The notes under the pieces: generated by a model
What the model saw: only the letters and a program-made list of their open reading frames with translations
Database searches by the model: none
What the model was told of the DNA's origin: nothing
DNA from: Alphaproteobacteria bacterium
Lineage (GTDB): Bacteria; Pseudomonadota; Alphaproteobacteria; UBA828
NCBI GenBank assembly: GCA_965220745.1
Contig: CBDCQT010000007.1
Location: 1-64,000 of the forward strand
Direction of reading: 5' to 3'
DNA: 64,000 nt
Made by a program: the position numbers and the translations under genes
Shown: positions 1-11,518 of the stretch, piece by piece
Numbering within the stretch: the first letter of the stretch is position 1
Layout: every line of letters begins with the position of its first letter

Positions 1-484
1 TGCGGCCCATGTGGCGGGGATCCCTCACCACCCAGGAGTGTTTCACAATGGGGAGGGTGATGCCAAAGATATCGGTTTCCTGGAAGGCATCGGTGCCAAT
101 GGCGGATCGTGGCACCTGACCCGTGATCACCAGTAAAGGCACAGAGTCCATCTGGGCCGTGGCGATGCCGGTCACCAGATTGGTGGCGCCAGGGCCGGAG
201 GTGCCAAAACAGACGCCCACACGGCCCGTAGCCCTGGCGTAACCATCGGCAGCGTGGGCGGCTCCCTGCTCATGGCGCACCAGGATGTGCTGCAGCCAGC
301 CGCGATTTTCCGCCTGATGCAGTTCGTCGTAAATGGGCAGAATGGCACCTCCGGGATAGCCGAAGATATGCTTGACCCCATGGCGGTGGAGTGCGTCCAT
401 GAGGGCAAATCCCCCGGAAACATGCTGGGTCCCCGTCAGGGAGTGGGGGGCGGTGAAGTCAGTACGGACAGGGGTGACAGTCAC
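1..484 (-). CDS. ilvB: Acetolactate synthase large subunit, biosynthetic type (5' part; runs off the window start)
   Basis: Not in the ORF track. Manual minus-strand translation from GTG 484 gives ...[20 protein letters not shown]...[49 protein letters not shown]...GTDAFQE, the ThDP-enzyme N-terminal domain. Confidence 0.95.
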   Translation of the reverse strand, partial: MTVTPVRTDFTAPHSLTGTQHVSGGFALMDALHRHGVKHIFGYPGGAILPIYDELHQAENRGWLQHILVRHEQGAAHAADGYARATGRVGVCFGTSGPGATNLVTGIATAQMDSVPLLVITGQVPRSAIGTDAFQETDIFGITLPIVKHSWVVRDPRHMGR

Positions 485-597
485 GGGCGCCGGGGTCGAA
501 GCCGCCTTGGGAATAATGTCCAGGATATGACCAAGTTCCCGGAATGATCGATGTTGAAGGTAGGAATTTGCGAATCATCCTGGCGCTTTTATGTTTC

Positions 598-1761
598 TTA
601 CAGTAGTCCCAGGGCATGGAGAGGACCATGGCCGCTCAGCACCTCCAGCAGGATGGCCAGGAAGCCCACCATGGCCAGGCGGCCATTCCACACCTCCGAA
701 CTGTTGTTCCAGCCCCACTCCCATTTCTCCTGGGGGTAAAGCTTGGTCATCTGGGGCAGTTGGGTGAAGGTGGCCAGGTCCACAGGCTCCTCCGCCATGC
801 TGGTCTCCACCAGATCCGCCAGGGCATGGATAAAGGTGGGATGGGTGCCCAGTGCCGGAACCCGGAGGAAGTTCTCAATGCCCACCTCCGTGGCAATGTG
901 TCGGTACTCAATATCAATCTCCTCCAGGGTTTCAATGTGCTCGCTCACAAAACTGATGGGCACCACCACCAACTCCTTCACACCAGCCTTCCCCAACCCA
1001 TGGAGTGCATCTTCCGTGTAGGGCTGTAGCCACTCCACAGGGCCCACACGGCTTTGGTAGGCCAAGGTGTAGGGGTTCTCCCGCTGCATGGTGTCCATGA
1101 TCAAGCTGGCGCAGCGTTCAATCTGCTCCTGGTAGGGGTCCCCGGCCTCCTCCACATAGCTCTTGGGCACCCCATGGGCACTAAAGAACACATGGGCCTT
1201 GTCCGGTGCGCTTGCCTGATCCAGGGTGGCGCTGATGAGCTCCCCCATGGCTTGCAGGTAGCGGGGATGCCCATACCAGGAGCCAATGGTGCGCAGGGGC
1301 AGGCGGGCAAAAGCAGGGTCATCCTGGCGAAGCCGCTCCAGCAAGCGGAAGCTGGAGCCACTGGTACTGATGGAGAACTGAGGATAGAGGGGCAACACCA
1401 CCACCTCATCCATGGCATCCGCCTTGATGTCGGCCATGGCGGATTCCGTAAAAGGATGCCAATAGCGCATGGCCACATAGGTGGTGGCGTCAATGTGACG
1501 CTGGCGCAACTCACTCTGCAACACCTTGGCCTGCTGGTCCGTGATGCGCCGCAGGGGGGAACCGCCACCGATGGAGCGGTACGCCTTTTGGGAGCGCCGC
1601 GCCCGCAGACTGCTGATCAGCCAGGCCAATGGCTTCTGCAGCTGCGGTAGGGGCAGGCGGATGATTTCCGGATCCGCGAAGAGGTTATAGAGAAACGGCC
1701 CCACATCCTGGATCCGCTCGGGACCACCAAGATTCAGCAGTAGAACGCCAATACGGGCCAT
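598..1761 (-). CDS. hemH: Ferrochelatase with C-terminal CAB/HLIP domain (cyanobacterial type)
   Basis: [30 protein letters not shown] and [11 protein letters not shown] motifs. The C-terminal [23 protein letters not shown] is the chlorophyll-binding ExxNGRxAM motif. Probable start ATG 1761. Confidence 0.97.
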   Translation of the reverse strand: MARIGVLLLNLGGPERIQDVGPFLYNLFADPEIIRLPLPQLQKPLAWLISSLRARRSQKAYRSIGGGSPLRRITDQQAKVLQSELRQRHIDATTYVAMRYWHPFTESAMADIKADAMDEVVVLPLYPQFSISTSGSSFRLLERLRQDDPAFARLPLRTIGSWYGHPRYLQAMGELISATLDQASAPDKAHVFFSAHGVPKSYVEEAGDPYQEQIERCASLIMDTMQRENPYTLAYQSRVGPVEWLQPYTEDALHGLGKAGVKELVVVPISFVSEHIETLEEIDIEYRHIATEVGIENFLRVPALGTHPTFIHALADLVETSMAEEPVDLATFTQLPQMTKLYPQEKWEWGWNNSSEVWNGRLAMVGFLAILLEVLSGHGPLHALGLL

Positions 1762-1950
1762 ATCCCGGGCGGGCGAGGGTTGAGTTGTGTGGACCCTAAC
1801 CCGTCCTGGGGGGCATCGGGAACCTTGCCGGACTGTCATCACCTTGGAAACACCTTGATGTAAAGCCTTGCTTCATTGCCCCCGCCTGCTGTGGGCGCCC
1901 ATGAACCACGTCCTTGCAGCGGGGAAGATTTGCGGTCTAATTCGTGGTGA

Positions 1951-3132
1951 TTGCCCCTGGCCCCTGTGGCCGCCCATCCCTTTGACCTGCGTCTGCAACT
2001 CCTCAACGAGGGCTTCCGCACAGGGGGGTTGCCCCTGCGCATTGAACGGCGTGGGCAGCGGTTGGGATTGCGGGGCCGGCTACCACGGCGGGATGGACCA
2101 GGCTTCCAGGTGCAGCGCCTCAGCCTTGGCCTCAAGGCCGATGACACAGGTTTGGCGGCGGCGGTGCAGCAGTTGCAAGTGATTTGCGGGGATCTCGCCA
2201 GTGGCCGCTTCTGCTGGAACCAGTGGGGGGGGCAACAACAGCGCCATCTGCAACCAGTGGGGTCTACTGACGGCCTCAGTCACGCCTTGCGGCGCTTTCA
2301 AGAGGGGTTTGACGCCGACCCTGTACGCAGCCGGAATCCAGCGGGGCGACGCAGCACCTGGGCCACCGCCTATTGGCCCTATCTGCGGCGGCTGGCGCTG
2401 ATTCAGGGGCAGCGCCAGTCCTCCCTGGGCCAGGAGTTGCTCCTCCAGACCTTGGAGAGCTATCAACTGGCCAGCCGCAGCCGGCAGCAGTGCGCCACGG
2501 TTCTGGCGGCCCTGGCCCGCCAGGAGGGCATCCCCTTGCCTGGGGACTGGTCCAGACGGTCAGGGGGCTATGGTCTGCACCAGGCTGGCCATCGCCAACT
2601 CCCTACGGACCAGCAGATCATGGCGGCATGGCACAGAATCCCCAACCCAGCCTGGCGTTGGGTGTTGGGGGTGATGGCCACCTATGGTCTCCGCAACCAT
2701 GAGGTGTTTTTCTCTGACTACTCAGCCCTCCATGGGGGTGCTTCCCCTGTGGTGCGGGTCCTGGCCACCAGCAAAACAGGGGAACACCAGGTTTGGCCCT
2801 TCCTGCCGGAATGGGTGGAGCACCTTGCCCTGGCGGAGGTGCGTCGACCACCCATCACCACAGATCTGAAGCGGGTGAGTCTGCAACAGGTGGGGCGGCG
2901 GGTGATGGAGCAGTTCCGCCGCTACGAGGTGGGCTTCAGCCCCTATGACCTGCGCCACGCCTGGGCCGTGCGCACCATCCATCTGGGACTGCCCGACACC
3001 GTGGCCGCCCGCATGATGGGCCATTCCGTGGCCATCCATACCCGCACCTACCACCATTGGATCACCCACCGTGATCAACAACAGGCGGTGAACACTGCCC
3101 TGGCGCGGCGCCACGCCGTGGGCGCCCCATGA
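1951..3132 (+). CDS. Tyrosine recombinase / phage-integrase-family protein (picocyanobacterial type)
   Basis: GLRNHE, YDLRHAWA and MMGHSVAIHTRTY catalytic-box motifs. Confidence 0.85.
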   Translation: MPLAPVAAHPFDLRLQLLNEGFRTGGLPLRIERRGQRLGLRGRLPRRDGPGFQVQRLSLGLKADDTGLAAAVQQLQVICGDLASGRFCWNQWGGQQQRHLQPVGSTDGLSHALRRFQEGFDADPVRSRNPAGRRSTWATAYWPYLRRLALIQGQRQSSLGQELLLQTLESYQLASRSRQQCATVLAALARQEGIPLPGDWSRRSGGYGLHQAGHRQLPTDQQIMAAWHRIPNPAWRWVLGVMATYGLRNHEVFFSDYSALHGGASPVVRVLATSKTGEHQVWPFLPEWVEHLALAEVRRPPITTDLKRVSLQQVGRRVMEQFRRYEVGFSPYDLRHAWAVRTIHLGLPDTVAARMMGHSVAIHTRTYHHWITHRDQQQAVNTALARRHAVGAP

Positions 3133-3780
3133 GCCGGCGCCCCCTCCGCACCTTCGCCTATGGCCACCCCTGGTTTTACCACCTGGTGACCGGAATCAGT
3201 GCCCTGCCGGTGGGGGGTCCCCAACGGTTGCGGCAGCTCTGCGCCCAACGGCTGGCGCCACGACTGCCGCCCCACGCCCCGGTGCTGGACCTCTGCTGTG
3301 GGGACGGGGCAGCCAGTGCCCCCTTGTTGGCCCGTGGTTTCCCCGTCACGGGGTTGGACTGTTCCCGTCAAGCCCTGGCGCGGGCGGCCCGCACCCATCC
3401 CGGTCTGGTGACAGTGGAGGGGTTGGCGGAGCAGCCGCCGTTGGCGCCGGGGCAATTTGCAGGGGTGCAGATCAGGCCTGGCACTCCATGAGTTTCACCG
3501 CCCTGCCCGGCTGGCACTGCTGGCGGCGGCGTTGCGCCTGCTGCAGCCCGGCGGCTGGTTTGCGGCCCTGGACCTCCACCCCACCCACGGCCTGCTGGGC
3601 TGGCCACAGCAATGGTTTATCCACCTCTTTGAGACGGACACCGCCGTGGATTTCCTCGCCTCCAACCTGGCGGCAGACTTGAGCATGACGGGCTATGGGT
3701 CCGTGGCTGTCGAGACCCTGGCCATGGGCTCTCTCCAGTTGGTGACCGCCCGGAAACCCTTTCTCGCTCCGGTGTCATGA
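3129..3780 (+). pseudogene. Class I SAM-dependent methyltransferase, split by a +1 frameshift at ~3475 (sequencing error or pseudogene)
   Basis: VLDLCCGDG motif I lies in ORF 3129-3491 and LALHEF...RLLQPGG continues in ORF 3457-3780. Removing one G from ATCAGGCCTG restores a continuous ...GVQISLALHEF. Confidence 0.75.
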
Positions 3781-3808
3781 CCCCATCCCTTCCGGGAGCA
3801 GGGGGTAG

Positions 3809-6250
3809 GCGCTGACCTGGGAGGGCGCGGCACGGTGCTATCCCGACGGCATCCCGGCCAAGGTCCGCCGCGCGCTGGTGCACGAACTCGCGCTCATCGC
3901 CGAGCTCGGCTACGCGCCCTACTTCCTCACCGTCTACGACATCGTGCGCTTCGCCAGGAAGAAGGACATCCTCTGCCAGGGGCGGGGCTCGGCCGCCAAC
4001 TCCGCCGTCTGCTACTGCCTCGGCATCACCGCCGTCGATCCGGCCCGGATCGACCTGTTGTTCGAGCGCTTCGTCTCGCGCGAGCGCCGCGAGCCCCCCG
4101 ACATCGACGTGGACTTCGAGCACGAGCGGCGCGAGGAGGTGATCCAGTACATCTACGGCCGCTACGGCCGCGCACGCGCCGGCCTCGCCGCCACCATCGT
4201 CAGCTACCGGGGGCGGAGCGCGGCGCGGGACGTCGGCAAGGCCATGGGTCTCTCCGAGGACACATGCGGAGCGCTCGCCGACGCAGCTCGGGATCTGCAC
4301 CACGACGGCGCCGTCGCCGTCGTGCGGCGGCTCGGCGAGGCCGGTCTCGACCTCGCCGATCCCCTGCTGCGCCGGACTGTGGCGCTCGTGGGTGAGTTGA
4401 TCGGCTTCCCCCGCCATCTCTCCCAGCATGTCGGCGGCTTCGTGCTCACCCGCGGGCCGCTCGAGGAGATCGTGCCCATCGGCAACGGGGCGATGAAGGA
4501 GCGTACTTTTGTCGAGTGGGACAAGGACGACCTGGAGGCGCTGGGGCTGATGAAGGTCGACGTGCTGGGGCTTGGCATGCTGACCTGCATCCGCAAGGCA
4601 TTCGCGCTGCTGGCCCGGCACAAGGGCCTGCACCTGACCCTCGCCTCGGTGCCGCAGGACGACCCGGCGGTCTACGACATGCTGTGCCGGGCCGATACGG
4701 TCGGCGTCTTCCAGATCGAGAGCCGGGCGCAGATGAACATGCTGCCGAGGCTCAGGCCGCGCCGCTTCTACGACCTGGTGATCGAGGTCGCGATCGTGCG
4801 CCCCGGCCCGATCCAGGGCGACATGGTGCACCCCTACCTGCGCCGCCGCGACGGGCTGGAGGAGGTGATCTACCCCGCACCCGCGCCGAAACACGGGCCA
4901 CCGGACGAGCTGCGCCGGGTGCTCGAAAAAACCCTCGGCGTGCCGCTCTTCCAGGAGCAGGCGATGCGGCTCGCCATCGAGGCGGCGCAGTTCACGCCGG
5001 ACGAGGCCGACGCGCTGCGCCGCGCCATGGCCACCTTCCGCCGGCGCGGCACCCTCGGTCAACTGAAGGAGAGGATGGTCGGGCGCATGGTGGCGCGCGG
5101 CTACGAGCCCGAACTCGCGGAGCGCTGCTTCCGCCAGATCGAGGGGTTCGGGGACTACGGCTTTCCCGAATCGCACGCCGCGAGCTTCGCGCTGCTGGCG
5201 TACGTTTCCTCCTGGCTCAAGTGCCACCACCCGGACGCGTTTGCGTGCGCGCTGCTGAACGCCCAGCCCATGGGCTTCTACGCGCCGGCCCAGATCGTCC
5301 GCGACGCCCGCGAGAACGGCGTCCCGGTGCGCCCGGTGGATGTTAATGCGAGCGGGTGGGACAACAGCTTGGAGGATGTGGAAGAGGGCGCGGGGGAGGG
5401 TCGCCGCGCGGAGCACCGTGCGCTCCGGCTCGGCCTGCGCCAGATCGGCGGCCTGCACAAGGAGGATGCGGAGCGCATCGTGGAGGCCCGCCATGCGCCC
5501 TATCCCGATGTCGCCGCGCTCCACCGCCGCGCTGGGATAGCGGTCCCCGCCATCGAGACCCTGGCGGCGGCGGATGCCTTCGGCTCCGCAGGTCTCGACC
5601 GGCGCCAAGCGCTGTGGCAGACCCGCGCGCTGGCCGAGGCGACGCCGCTGCCGCTCTTCGAGGCGGCAGACCAGCGCGGCGAGAGGCCGGAGCCGGCGGT
5701 CGCGCTCCCGGCCATGGCCGACGGCGAGCAGGTGGTCGAGGACTACCGCACGCTCCGCCTCTCGCTGAGAGCCCATCCGCTCTCCTTCCTGCGCCAGCGG
5801 TTGGCGGGGCGGGGCGTGCTCCCGGCCGAGGCGCTCCTGCGCGCCCAGGACGGCGACCGGGCGGCGACGGCAGGGCTTGTGCTGGTGCGCCAGCGGCCGG
5901 GCAGCGCCAAGGGCGTGATCTTCATGACGCTGGAGGACGAGACCGGGGTGGTGAACGTCGTGGTCTGGCCCAACGTGCTGGAGCGCTACCGACCGGCGGT
6001 ACTGGGCGCACGCCTCGCGCTGGTGCGGGGCCGGGTGCAGCGCGCCGGCGATATCGTCCATCTGGTCGCGGCCCACCTGGAGGACCTGACCCACTGGCTC
6101 GACCTGCTGACGCCGGACGAGGGCGCTGTGCAGCCGTCGCCGGATAGCGACCGAGCCGCTCTGCGCGGCGGCAGGCGGTGGCCCGCAGCGAATCCCGCCC
6201 GCCACCCGCGCAACCAGCGCGTGATCCCGAACTCGCGGGACTTCCGGTGA
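3809..6250 (+). CDS. dnaE2: Error-prone DNA polymerase DnaE2 (ImuC), 5'-truncated (PHP domain absent)
   Basis: QGRGSAANSAVCYCLG, PPDIDVDF, FPRHLSQHVGG, YGFPESHAASF, RQRPGSAKG and the C-terminal SRDFR signature. Homology starts at ALTWEGAARCYPDG directly after an in-frame TAG (3806-3808). Confidence 0.9.
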   Translation, partial: ALTWEGAARCYPDGIPAKVRRALVHELALIAELGYAPYFLTVYDIVRFARKKDILCQGRGSAANSAVCYCLGITAVDPARIDLLFERFVSRERREPPDIDVDFEHERREEVIQYIYGRYGRARAGLAATIVSYRGRSAARDVGKAMGLSEDTCGALADAARDLHHDGAVAVVRRLGEAGLDLADPLLRRTVALVGELIGFPRHLSQHVGGFVLTRGPLEEIVPIGNGAMKERTFVEWDKDDLEALGLMKVDVLGLGMLTCIRKAFALLARHKGLHLTLASVPQDDPAVYDMLCRADTVGVFQIESRAQMNMLPRLRPRRFYDLVIEVAIVRPGPIQGDMVHPYLRRRDGLEEVIYPAPAPKHGPPDELRRVLEKTLGVPLFQEQAMRLAIEAAQFTPDEADALRRAMATFRRRGTLGQLKERMVGRMVARGYEPELAERCFRQIEGFGDYGFPESHAASFALLAYVSSWLKCHHPDAFACALLNAQPMGFYAPAQIVRDARENGVPVRPVDVNASGWDNSLEDVEEGAGEGRRAEHRALRLGLRQIGGLHKEDAERIVEARHAPYPDVAALHRRAGIAVPAIETLAAADAFGSAGLDRRQALWQTRALAEATPLPLFEAADQRGERPEPAVALPAMADGEQVVEDYRTLRLSLRAHPLSFLRQRLAGRGVLPAEALLRAQDGDRAATAGLVLVRQRPGSAKGVIFMTLEDETGVVNVVVWPNVLERYRPAVLGARLALVRGRVQRAGDIVHLVAAHLEDLTHWLDLLTPDEGAVQPSPDSDRAALRGGRRWPAANPARHPRNQRVIPNSRDFR

Positions 6251-6285
6251 AGGGGCAAGATCAAGACGAGCGCCCCAACATGCAC

Positions 6286-6314
6286 TTGACACCATATGTA
6301 GTGAAGAACATAAA
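6286..6314 (+). promoter_or_regulatory. Putative sigma70 promoter of the toxin-antitoxin operon
   Basis: TTGACA (6286-6291), a 17-bp spacer, then CATAAA, in a locally AT-rich patch directly before the toxin ATGs. Confidence 0.45.
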
Positions 6315-6686
6315 ATGTCGATGAGCTGGAAAGTGGAGTTCCATGACGAGTTCGTGCCAGAGTTTCGAAGTCTGCACAAACGAGTACAGGACGAGGCCTA
6401 TACCATTGCTAACCTGCTGGAACAGTTCGGACCCCAACTCGGACGCCCTTGGGTGGACACGTTGAAGGGTTCCCGACACACGAACATGAAGGAAATGCGG
6501 TTCAGCGCCGCGGATGGGGAATGGCGCATCGCCTTCGCCTTCGACCCGAAGCGCAGAGCCGTGCTTCTCGTTGCCGGCGACAAGTCGGGAGGCAGCGCCA
6601 GACGGTTCTATCGCGCGCTCATCCGCAGGGCTGACGAGCGCTTCGACAGACACCTGGCCCGACTTGCGCAGGAAGGAGGATCGTGA
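6315..6686 (+). CDS. Type II TA toxin, RelE/ParE (HigB/Gp49-like) family
   Basis: LLEQFGPQLGRPWVDTLKGSRHTNMKEMRF...WRIAFAFDPKRRAVLLVAGDKSG. Toxin-first order; start 6315 or 6321. Confidence 0.88.
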   Translation: MSMSWKVEFHDEFVPEFRSLHKRVQDEAYTIANLLEQFGPQLGRPWVDTLKGSRHTNMKEMRFSAADGEWRIAFAFDPKRRAVLLVAGDKSGGSARRFYRALIRRADERFDRHLARLAQEGGS

Positions 6687-7012
6687 TGCCTGTAAGTCTG
6701 GAGACCATGATGGCGGACCTCGACCCTGAGAGGCGCCGCAAGATCGAAGAGCGGGCGGCCGAGCTCATCGCTGAGGAAATGACCCTGCGCGAGCTGCGCA
6801 AGGCCCGGCAGCTCACCCAGGCGCGCGTCGCGGCCGAGCTCGGCATCAGCCAGGACGGCGTCTCCCGGCTCGAGCAGCGCAGCGACCTGCTGCTATCCAC
6901 CCTGCGCAAGACCGTGGAAGCGATGGGGGGAAGCCTCTCGCTCGTCGCCAAGTTCCCTGACCGGCCGCCTGTCGAGCTCTCGGGCATTGCCGAGACCGAT
7001 CCACGCGGCTGA
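6686..7012 (+). CDS. XRE-family HTH antitoxin (HigA-like)
   Basis: [45 protein letters not shown] stop/start overlap with the toxin. Confidence 0.88.
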   Translation: MPVSLETMMADLDPERRRKIEERAAELIAEEMTLRELRKARQLTQARVAAELGISQDGVSRLEQRSDLLLSTLRKTVEAMGGSLSLVAKFPDRPPVELSGIAETDPRG

Positions 7013-7028
7013 CGGTCGAGGCGGCCGC

Positions 7029-7553
7029 ATGCGCGAACGGATTGAGGTCTTCGAGGGCGACATCACCACGCTCGCGGTCGATGCCATCGTCAACGCAGCC
7101 AACAACAGCCTGCTGGGCGGCGGCGGGGTCGACGGCGCCATTCACCGGGGCGCTGGCCCTCACCTGCTCGAAGAATGCCGCACGCTCGGCGGGTGCGAGA
7201 CCGGGGACGCCAAGCTGACCGGCGCCTACGACCTGCCGGCCCGCTTCGTGATCCACACCGTGGGCCCCGTGTGGCAGGGCGGTGGCAGCGGCGAGCCCAC
7301 GCTGCTGGCGCGCTGCTACCGCCGCTGCTATGAGATCGCGGGCGAGCAAGGCATCGAGTCCGTCGCGTTCCCCGCGATCAGCACGGGCGTTTACGGCTAT
7401 CCGCTCGACCACGCCACGCGTATCGCCGTGACAGAAGCTCGCGATCACTTCGAGGGCGGCAGTGCGCTCAAAAAGGTCGTGTTCGCCTGCTTCGGCGCCG
7501 AAGCGAGCGCCATGTACCGAGCCATGATTGACGACATCTTCGCAGGCGGATAA
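7029..7553 (+). CDS. Macrodomain protein (O-acetyl-ADP-ribose deacetylase, YmdB-like)
   Basis: [37 protein letters not shown] and [12 protein letters not shown]. Confidence 0.93.
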   Translation: MRERIEVFEGDITTLAVDAIVNAANNSLLGGGGVDGAIHRGAGPHLLEECRTLGGCETGDAKLTGAYDLPARFVIHTVGPVWQGGGSGEPTLLARCYRRCYEIAGEQGIESVAFPAISTGVYGYPLDHATRIAVTEARDHFEGGSALKKVVFACFGAEASAMYRAMIDDIFAGG

Positions 7554-7674
7554 TCGGTCGCCGCCATCAACGGCACCACGCGAACAGGAACAGCCGCCCG
7601 AGGCTTGCCGTCTGCGCCCCCTGATGGTTCGTTAGGGCCCCCAGGACCATCACGCATTTCCGGAAGAAGGGCCC

Positions 7675-8963
<1,289 letters not shown>

Positions 8964-8967
<4 letters not shown>

Positions 8968-9740
8968 GCGACGTGCGCGGGGGGCGCCGGCGGCGTCTCC
9001 GGCTCGCCGCCCAGCTCGCGCAGGATGGTGCTGAGCTCGTCTGCGGCACGGGTGATCTCATCTTCGTCGGTGCCGCGCAGAACCAGAGTCGTGCCGAAGT
9101 TGCCGTCGCGGACGAAGGGGTAGCTGCCGATCTCCAGCGTCGGGTAGCGCTCCTGTAGACCTTCGAGCCGCGCGGCCACGTCGCCCTCGCCCAGCAGCAC
9201 CGCGATCTCGCGCGACTTGACCTCGCGCCCGCCCTTCAGTGTCGGCGCCACGCTCTCGAACATCGCGCGCATGACCGCCGGGATGCCGGCCAGCACGTGG
9301 ACGTTCTCGACCCGGAAGCCCGGCGCCCGGCTCACCGGGTTCTCGATCAGTGTGGCGCCCTCGGGCGTATGGGCCATGCGCATCCGCGCCTCGTTCAGCT
9401 CGCGCCCGGTGTCCCGGTAGAAGTCCTCGAGAATGCGCTTCGCCTCGGGGTTGATCCGGTAGGGCAGGTTGAAGGCCCGGGCGACCGCCTCGGAGGTGAT
9501 GTCGTCGTGGGTGGGGCCGATGCCGCCGGTGGTGAAGACGTAATTGTGCGAGGCCCTCAGCGTGTTCACAGCGGCGATGATCGCGCGCTCCTCGTCCCGC
9601 ACCATGCGGACCTCGGCGAGCTGGATGCCGAGCGCGGTGAGCTGGCGGGCGAGATAGGCGACGTTCACGTCTTTGGTCCGGCCCGAGAGTATCTCGTTGC
9701 CGATGACGATCAGGGCGGCGGTGACGGTGGCTTGCGACAT
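8964..9740 (-). CDS. Competence/damage-inducible CinA-like molybdopterin-binding-domain protein
   Basis: [27 protein letters not shown] and NPVSRAPGF. Confidence 0.9.
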
Positions 9741-9869
9741 GGCGGTGATGCTCGTTGATGCGCGCGAGTGCGAGACGGCGCAGAGCATAGAGCGAGGCGT
9801 GCGAGGCTGCCACGGTGCGATGGCACCGTGCCCCTTGAGCAGGCGGCAGAAGGCAGCTTATGAGACGGG

Positions 9870-10574
9870 ATGCGCTTCCCCCATCCGCTCCACCGGGCGA
9901 CGCTGCTCAAGCGCTACAAGCGCTTCCTCAGCGACCACTGCCTCGACGACGGCAGCACCGTCACCGCCCATGTCGCCAATCCCGGCGCGATGACCGGGCT
10001 CGTGGGCGAGGGCCTCGAAACCTGGCTCTCGCCCACCGCAAACCCGAAGCGCAAGCTCCGCTACAGCTGGGAGATGGTGCGGGCCGATGGCGGGCTGGTG
10101 GGCGTTAACACGGGCTGGCCCAACCGGCTTGCCGAGGAGGCGCTCGCGGGCGGCGCAATCCCGGTGCTCGCGGGCTACGAGACGATCCGCCGCGAGGTCG
10201 CCTACGGCGCGGGCTCGCGGGTGGACATTCTGCTGGAGGAACCGGGCCGGCCGCCCTGCTACGTCGAGGTCAAGAACGTCCACCTGAAGCGCGGCCCGGC
10301 CGCCGAGTTCCCGGACAGCGTGACCGCGCGCGGCACCAAGCACCTGCGCGAGCTCGCGACGGTGGCCGAGGGCGGCGCCCGCGCCGTCATGCTCTACATC
10401 GTCCAGCGCGAGGACTGCGACCGCTTCACGCTGGCCGCCGACATCGACCCGGCCTACGCCGCGGCCTTCGCCGACGCGCGGGAGCGAGGCGTGGAGGCGC
10501 TCGCCTACGCCTGTCGTCTGAGCACCGACGGCATCGCCGTCGACCGCCCGCTCCCCATCGAAATCCCCGCTTAG
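9870..10574 (+). CDS. sfsA: DNA/RNA nuclease SfsA
   Basis: [32 protein letters not shown] and [13 protein letters not shown]. Confidence 0.95.
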   Translation: MRFPHPLHRATLLKRYKRFLSDHCLDDGSTVTAHVANPGAMTGLVGEGLETWLSPTANPKRKLRYSWEMVRADGGLVGVNTGWPNRLAEEALAGGAIPVLAGYETIRREVAYGAGSRVDILLEEPGRPPCYVEVKNVHLKRGPAAEFPDSVTARGTKHLRELATVAEGGARAVMLYIVQREDCDRFTLAADIDPAYAAAFADARERGVEALAYACRLSTDGIAVDRPLPIEIPA

Positions 10575-10680
10575 CCGGCGCGTCTATTGAACACCGGGCG
10601 ATACCGATTAGATTGTCGGCAGCGGGCGCTTTCGGCTCGGAGTCGCGCGCGCCGCAGGTAACCAGCAAGCGAGGCCAGCC

Positions 10681-11505
10681 GTGTCCACGAGGGGCGCTGC
10701 CAGCGGCGCGCAAGTCATCGAGCGGAGCATCAAGACCCACGGCGCCGACGCCTTCGCGGCAATGCGCAAGGCCGGCACGCTCGCGGCGGAGGTGCTGGAT
10801 GCGTTGACGCCGATGGTCGAGCCCGGCGTCACCACCGACGCCCTCGACCGGTTCTGCCACGACTACATCGTGGACCACGGGGCGGTGCCGGCGCCGCTCG
10901 GCTACCGCGGCTACCCGAAGTCCATCTGCACCTCGGTCAATCACGTCGTCTGCCACGGAATCCCCGGCGACAAGCGGCTGCAGAAGGGCGACATGCTGAA
11001 CATCGACGTGACCGTGATCCTCGACGGCTGGCACGGGGATACCAGCCGCATGTTCCACGTCGGCCAGCCGAGCGTGAAGGCGCGCCGGCTGATCGACATC
11101 ACCTATGAGGCGATGATGCGCGGCATCGCGGCGGTGAGGCCCGGCGCCCGGCTCGGCGATATCGGCCACGCGATCCAGAGTTATGCCGAGGGCCAGCGCT
11201 GCGCCGTGGTACGCGATTTCTGCGGCCACGGCATCGGGCGCATCTTCCACGACGCGCCGAACGTGTTGCACTACGGCAAGCCCGGCACCGGCACCCAGCT
11301 CAGGCCCGGCATGTTCTTCACCGTCGAGCCCATGATCAATCTCGGCGGCTGGCAGGTGAAGCTGCTCAAGGACGGCTGGACCGCGGTGACCAAGGACCGC
11401 TCGCTCTCAGCCCAGTTCGAGCACACGATTGGTGTGACCGGGGATGGTCACGAGATATTCACGCTCTCCCCGCTCGGGCTCACCAAGCCGCCCTATAACA
11501 GTTGA
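10681..11505 (+). CDS. map: Type I methionyl aminopeptidase
   Basis: CTSVNHVVCHGIP, NIDVT...GWHGDTSR, GHGIG, FTVEPMIN and AQFEHT. Confidence 0.97.
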   Translation: MSTRGAASGAQVIERSIKTHGADAFAAMRKAGTLAAEVLDALTPMVEPGVTTDALDRFCHDYIVDHGAVPAPLGYRGYPKSICTSVNHVVCHGIPGDKRLQKGDMLNIDVTVILDGWHGDTSRMFHVGQPSVKARRLIDITYEAMMRGIAAVRPGARLGDIGHAIQSYAEGQRCAVVRDFCGHGIGRIFHDAPNVLHYGKPGTGTQLRPGMFFTVEPMINLGGWQVKLLKDGWTAVTKDRSLSAQFEHTIGVTGDGHEIFTLSPLGLTKPPYNS

Positions 11506-11518
11506 GGTCGCCGCTGCC

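Noticed and set aside
1951-3132. Integrase as the cause of the junction or as a prophage boundary
   Set aside because: No att repeat, tRNA or phage genes are nearby, and the junction is ~680 bp away inside another gene. From recollection, this integrase-like gene is a resident neighbour of hemH in picocyanobacteria.
3617-6379. 920-aa minus-strand ORF and other long antisense ORFs (e.g. 13481-15871, 20603-22780, 58027-60414)
   Set aside because: These are shadow ORFs opposite well-supported genes, expected in high-GC DNA, and show no recognisable motifs.
6315-7553. DarTG-type ADP-ribosylation TA system
   Set aside because: The toxin is RelE-like rather than an ADP-ribosyltransferase, and the macrodomain is stand-alone YmdB-type.
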